From contig JAGAFI010000032.1 of NCBI GenBank assembly GCA_017612675.1, positions 1 through 40,362 on the forward strand: DNA of 40,362 nt. The letters are read 5' to 3'. Shown here one piece after another: positions 36,197 through 40,362 of the stretch (positions are counted from its first letter, which is position 1; the number at the start of each line of letters is the position of its first letter). The notes beneath the pieces are model-generated. The model was not told the DNA's origin, ran no database searches, and worked only from the letters and a program-made list of their open reading frames with translations. Source of the DNA: Bacteroidales bacterium (GTDB lineage Bacteria; Bacteroidota; Bacteroidia; Bacteroidales; UBA932). The translations under genes were made by a program, and so were the position numbers.

Positions 36197-38371
36197 CTAT
36201 TTATATGTGGCCAGTGAGAAAGTCTTCGGCCGCTTCATCATCTCGGTATAGACGCGTCCTTCGTCGTCCGTCACCTTGATGTAGACGGTGGACGACGCGC
36301 TGGATGCTTTGTACGTGAACAGGTGCCAGCAGTTGCCCGGCTTGAACGTCGGGGACGACGTGGACTTGAAGCGCTGGGCGGTGTATGCGATGATATACAG
36401 CGGGTCATAGCCCCAGGCCCGGGTGCAGGCGGTGAAGTGCTGGTTGTCCTCGCTGGCTTCTACCTTCCAGTTGGTGTTGTAGTCCCATACGTTGACCAGT
36501 ACCTGGTTGGCGCTGCTTTCCGTGCCGTAGTTCCCGTAGGTTTTCAGGTATTCGGCGAACTCGGAGGGGTATTTCGTGATGCCGTAGTCTGCTGCCTTGA
36601 TCAAGATGCTGTTGCGGTCATAGGTGCGGAACTGGTATTCCGCCGGACGGCCCGTCCCCTTGTAATACGAATCCATGTCCCTGCCCCGGACGCTGACGAT
36701 GCGGTAGCCGCCGGGAGCCCCGTCCGTCGTCACGTTCAGCGTGGGGTTGTAGTAGCCGCCCCACCACCAGGCCGCGCAGACGGCGCCGCTGTTGGTCTCG
36801 ATGATGTTGTCCCGGACGGAAGAAACGGTGCGGTGTACATGGGTGTGGCCGGAAACGAAGCGCACCCGGGAGTGGTCCTTGAAGCAATCGGCGAACTCGT
36901 CGGCGTTCTGCAGGGAGTTCTTGCCGGTATTCGTCCAGACGGCGGAATGCATCGTCACCACGATGGGGGTGTCCTTGTCCACATAGACGAGGTCGCGGCG
37001 GATCCACTCCAGGATGTCTTCCACCACCCGCGTATTGTAGGTGCGGTGTGCCGGGTCGGTCGTGCTGGCTGCGTCGTTGGTACATTCGATGTTGTCCACG
37101 ACCATATAGTGTATCTTCCCGATATTGAACGAGTAATAGTTCGGGGCGATGATGGTCTTGTACGGAATGGCGGTATCCCAGTCGCCCGTCGCGTTCATGT
37201 CGTGGTCATGGTTGCCGATGGTGTGGAAAACCGGCAGCGGGGCCATGGCATTCGCGGTGGTGGCATAGCTCATCAAATCGAAACTGTTGGTGTACCAGTA
37301 CTGGTCCCACGACATGTCACCGAGGGTCATCGCGTAGATTTTGTCGTCCGGATGCGACTGGACGTACTCGTTGATTTCCGAAGAGAAGGTCCGGAACTGC
37401 GCCTGGTCCTTGGTGCGGGCGGCAAGGTGGATATCCCCGAAAATCAACATCGTGTGGTTCTCCTGACCGGCATCGTCCGTGAGGATGAAATCGATTTCTT
37501 CCCGGACGGTGGGGGCGGAGCCTGTCCGCTTGAAGAACTGCGGGAACACGCCCTTGACGGGCACTTTGTAGCCGCTCGGGACGGAAATGAAGACATAGCC
37601 GTTCTTCTTGGCGGAATGCAGGGCGTAGTAGCCGTCCGCATCCGTGGCGGTCACCTGGTAGCCGTCGGACACCACGACGCCGGGAATCGGCGTGTCGCCG
37701 ACCAGCACGTGGCCGAAGATGCTTGCTTCCATGCCGTACAGGTCGCAGGAGAAGCGCCGGTCGCCGCAGGCGTCGGCGATGCCGTCCACGATGCGCCCGT
37801 CCAGCAGGTGCTGGAAAAAGCGGGCGTAGGTCAGCAGGGCGCGTTCCACGCTGCAGGAACCGCGAACTGCTGTACCCGTGTCTTCCAACGGAAAGTCGCA
37901 GGATTCAGCAAACGCATGGTTTTCACTGACATATGATAGCTGGCGCCCGGCAAGGGCCACAAGGTCGGCCAGCGACAGGCCGTCCGCCTGGAACTCCACG
38001 GCCTCCCGGTACGGGTCTTCCGGGTAGGTGCAGGTCTCCGGGGCCGGGGCTTCGTCGGAGAGGGTGCCGCCGGCTGCGAGCCGCTGCGTGGCTTTCATCG
38101 CCACGGCAAGCATCTCCGCCTTGCCCAGTTCCGCATCCTGGAAACGGATGCTTTGGCCGGCCGGCAGGCAATGGACGGCATGGAACGTCCCCGCCGCCGT
38201 CGTAACGCTGCCGATGGAACTGTTCCAGACATCCAGCACACGGACGAATTGGGTGGCGAATCCCCCGATGGTATTGCCTTCGGGAATGGCCGGACCGGTA
38301 TCCGGCTTTTCGGGCTGGCAGGCCATCAAAGTGACGCTCAGCAACAGGAGGGACAGCAGGGTACGTTTCAT
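36197..38371 (-). CDS. Lipoprotein with one ~185-aa repeat and a calcineurin-like metallophosphoesterase; paralogue of 32596-36174
   Basis: Lipobox LMAC; FGDIH, LGDMSWD, GNHDHD and SGHTH motifs; C-terminus near-identical to the neighbour (KRPKTFSLATYK in both). Confidence 0.88.
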   Translation of the reverse strand: MKRTLLSLLLLSVTLMACQPEKPDTGPAIPEGNTIGGFATQFVRVLDVWNSSIGSVTTAAGTFHAVHCLPAGQSIRFQDAELGKAEMLAVAMKATQRLAAGGTLSDEAPAPETCTYPEDPYREAVEFQADGLSLADLVALAGRQLSYVSENHAFAESCDFPLEDTGTAVRGSCSVERALLTYARFFQHLLDGRIVDGIADACGDRRFSCDLYGMEASIFGHVLVGDTPIPGVVVSDGYQVTATDADGYYALHSAKKNGYVFISVPSGYKVPVKGVFPQFFKRTGSAPTVREEIDFILTDDAGQENHTMLIFGDIHLAARTKDQAQFRTFSSEINEYVQSHPDDKIYAMTLGDMSWDQYWYTNSFDLMSYATTANAMAPLPVFHTIGNHDHDMNATGDWDTAIPYKTIIAPNYYSFNIGKIHYMVVDNIECTNDAASTTDPAHRTYNTRVVEDILEWIRRDLVYVDKDTPIVVTMHSAVWTNTGKNSLQNADEFADCFKDHSRVRFVSGHTHVHRTVSSVRDNIIETNSGAVCAAWWWGGYYNPTLNVTTDGAPGGYRIVSVRGRDMDSYYKGTGRPAEYQFRTYDRNSILIKAADYGITKYPSEFAEYLKTYGNYGTESSANQVLVNVWDYNTNWKVEASEDNQHFTACTRAWGYDPLYIIAYTAQRFKSTSSPTFKPGNCWHLFTYKASSASSTVYIKVTDDEGRVYTEMMKRPKTFSLATYK
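37733..38275 (-). repeat. Third copy of the ~185-aa module
   Basis: TIGGFATQFVRVLDVWNSSIG...GSCSVERALLTYARFFQHLLD...FSCDLYG aligns by eye with copy 2 of the neighbouring gene. Confidence 0.85.
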
Positions 38372-38383
38372 GGAATCTGTATT

Positions 38384-39637
38384 TTATCCGCGGATGGCGG
38401 CGATGCCGGGCAGATCTTTTCCTTCCAGTGCTTCCAGCATGGCGCCGCCGCCGGTGCTTACATAACTGACCTTGTCGGCAAAGCCCATCTTGGTCACGGC
38501 TGCGACGGAGTCGCCGCCGCCCACGAGGGTGTAGGTGCCTGCCGCCGTCGCCTGGGCGAGGAATTCGGCAATCTGGAGCGTCCCTTTCGCGAAAGTGGGC
38601 ATCTCGAACACGCCGACCGGACCGTTCCAGATTACGGTTTTGGAGTTCAGGATGATTTGTTTCCATGCTTCGATGGAAGCGGGGCCGGCATCCATGCCCT
38701 CCCAGCCGTCGGGAATGTCGCTGATGGGCACCACCTGGGTATTGGCATCGTTGTCGAAAGCGTCGGCGCAGACGCACTCGGTGGCGAGGCAGAGGTTCAC
38801 GCCGCGCTCCTTGGCGGTCTTCATGATTTCCAGCGCTTCGCCCATCAGGTCGTCTTCATGCAGGGAATTGCCGATTTTGCCGCCCATGGCCTTGGCAAAG
38901 GTGAAGCCCATGCCGCCGCCGATGATGAGGTTGTCCACTTTCTCGACGAGGTTCATCAGGACGGCCAGCTTGCTGGATACCTTGGAACCGCCGATGATGG
39001 CCGTAAACGGATGCCGGGCGTTCTTGAGCACATAGTCAACGGCTTTGATTTCTCCTTCCATCAGGTAGCCGAACATCTTGTCGTTCGGGAAATAGTCTGC
39101 AATCAGGGCCGTGGAGGCGTGGGCGCGGTGGGCGGTTCCGAATGCATCGTTGATATAGCAGTCGGCATAGGAGGCCAGCGTCTTGACGAATTCCTTCTGG
39201 GAGGCCTTCACGGCGGCCTTGGCCGCTTTCTTTTCTTCGTCCGTCGCGTCTTCCTTCAGGCCGCGGGGTGTGCCTTCTTCCTCGGCATAGATACGCAGGT
39301 TTTCCAGCTACAGCGCCTCGCCGGGTTTGAGGGCGGCGGCCTGCGCGGCGGCTTTCTGGCAGTCTTCCGCAAACTGGACGTCCACGCCGAGCTTTCCGGA
39401 CACATGTGCGAGGATATGCTTCAGGGAGAACTTGGCGTCCACCCCTTTCGGGCGCCCCAGATGGGACATGATAATCAACGAACCTCCCTCGGAAAGCACC
39501 TTCTTGAGGGTCGGCAGGGCCGCCCGGATGCGGGTGTCGTCGGTGATTTCAAATTTTTCGTTGAGGGGAACGTTGAAGTCCACGCGGACAATGGCTTTCT
39601 TGCCCTTGAAATTGTAAGAATCAATGTGCTGTTGCAT
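38384..39637 (-). pseudogene. pgk: Phosphoglycerate kinase, full length but interrupted by an in-frame TAG at codon 110 (39308-39310); either a pseudogene or a sequence error
   Basis: [61 protein letters not shown] and STGGGA all lie in one frame from ATG 39637 to TAA 38384 (418 codons). Confidence 0.9.
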
Positions 39638-39700
39638 AATTTGGAATATGTTTGATGTCTTAAAAAGCTGTTTATCCTGCGAATTTAGCAAAAATCTCCA

Positions 39701-39708
39701 TATCTTTG
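39701..39708 (+). promoter_or_regulatory. -7 promoter element of the methyltransferase gene (near-leaderless)
   Basis: TATCTTTG ends 7 nt before ATG 39716. Confidence 0.6.
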
Positions 39709-39715
39709 CATCATC

Positions 39716-40362
39716 ATGGTCGAATTTCCGAGCGAAAAATGGCAGGATTATGCCTTGCTGGACAGTGGAGACGGGATGAAACTGGAACGTTTCGGGCCGT
39801 ATGTGCTGTCCCGTCCCGAGCCCAAGGCGCTGTGGACACCCTCGCTGCCGTCCCGTGAATGGAAGCGCCTGGCCCATACCCGCTTCGTACCGGGCGCGGG
39901 CTTCGGCAAGGCCGGCAAAGAAGACAGCGGCACGTGGGAGCGGATCCGGGAAATGGCGGACCAATGGGTCGTCCGGTATGCCTGCGGCGGGCCGGCGTTC
40001 CAGCTTAGGCTGGGGCTCACGGCATTCAAGCACGTCGGCGTCTTTCCGGAGCAGGCCGCCAACTGGGAATGGATTTACCGCCATGTCAAAGCCCTTTCCA
40101 CACCCCGTCCCAAAGTGCTGAACCTCTTTGCCTATACGGGTGCGGCATCCCTTGCTGCACGAGCGGCGGGCGCGGAAGTCACCCACCTTGATTCCGTGCG
40201 GCAGGTCGTGACCTGGGCGCGGGGCAACATGGAACGCAGCGGCATGGACGGTATCCGCTGGGTTGTCGAAGACGCCATGAAATTCGCCGTGCGCGAGCAG
40301 CGCCGGGGCAACCGTTACCAGGGCATCATCCTCGACCCGCCCGCATACGGCCACGGGCCGGA
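39716..40362 (+). CDS. Class I SAM-dependent methyltransferase (RlmI/RlmK-related), partial; runs off the window end
   Basis: Absent from the ORF track because it has no stop in the window. Reads [67 protein letters not shown]. Confidence 0.88.
   Translation, partial: MVEFPSEKWQDYALLDSGDGMKLERFGPYVLSRPEPKALWTPSLPSREWKRLAHTRFVPGAGFGKAGKEDSGTWERIREMADQWVVRYACGGPAFQLRLGLTAFKHVGVFPEQAANWEWIYRHVKALSTPRPKVLNLFAYTGAASLAARAAGAEVTHLDSVRQVVTWARGNMERSGMDGIRWVVEDAMKFAVREQRRGNRYQGIILDPPAYGHGP

Noticed and set aside
39308-39310. Genome-wide TAG reassignment or pyrrolysine readthrough
   Set aside because: Several genes end at TAG exactly where the next gene or a paralogue-matched C-terminus predicts, only one internal TAG was found, and it replaces a conserved Leu.
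39638-40354. Long N-terminal extension of pgk in the ORF track (39308-40354, minus strand)
   Set aside because: It is the antisense of the + strand methyltransferase starting at 39716; PGK homology starts at ATG 39637.
1-40362. CRISPR arrays, tRNA/rRNA genes, transposases, integrases or prophage genes
   Set aside because: No regularly spaced direct repeats, cloverleafs or mobile-element protein motifs were seen.

Overview
High-GC Bacteroidales-type chromosomal window (TTTG-N18-19-TAnnTTTG promoters, lipoprotein-rich gene set). From left to right: (1) the 3' end of hppA and its terminator; (2) a surface-polysaccharide cluster (three ATP-grasp ligases, an ornithine-cyclodeaminase-family enzyme, Wzx, CapA-like metallophosphatase, CBS-nucleotidyltransferase, WecF-like glycosyltransferase); (3) a metK-smpB-miaA-like operon behind a SAM-II-type riboswitch; (4) a ~14 kb SusD-less extracellular nucleic-acid utilisation locus (two TonB-type barrels, OB-fold lipoproteins, a DRGH endonuclease, an EEP nuclease) running into an M3 peptidase and two S66 paralogues; (5) a FeoB lacking its GTPase domain; (6) two tandem lipoprotein metallophosphoesterases; (7) pgk with an in-frame TAG; (8) the start of a SAM-methyltransferase. 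The most notable unexplained signals are a ~360-nt, promoter-fronted, highly base-paired non-coding element (18029-18391) inside the nuclease locus and a ~185-aa repeated module in the phosphoesterases that resembles archaeal pseudomurein-binding repeats. All family assignments come from motif recognition by eye; no searches were run.
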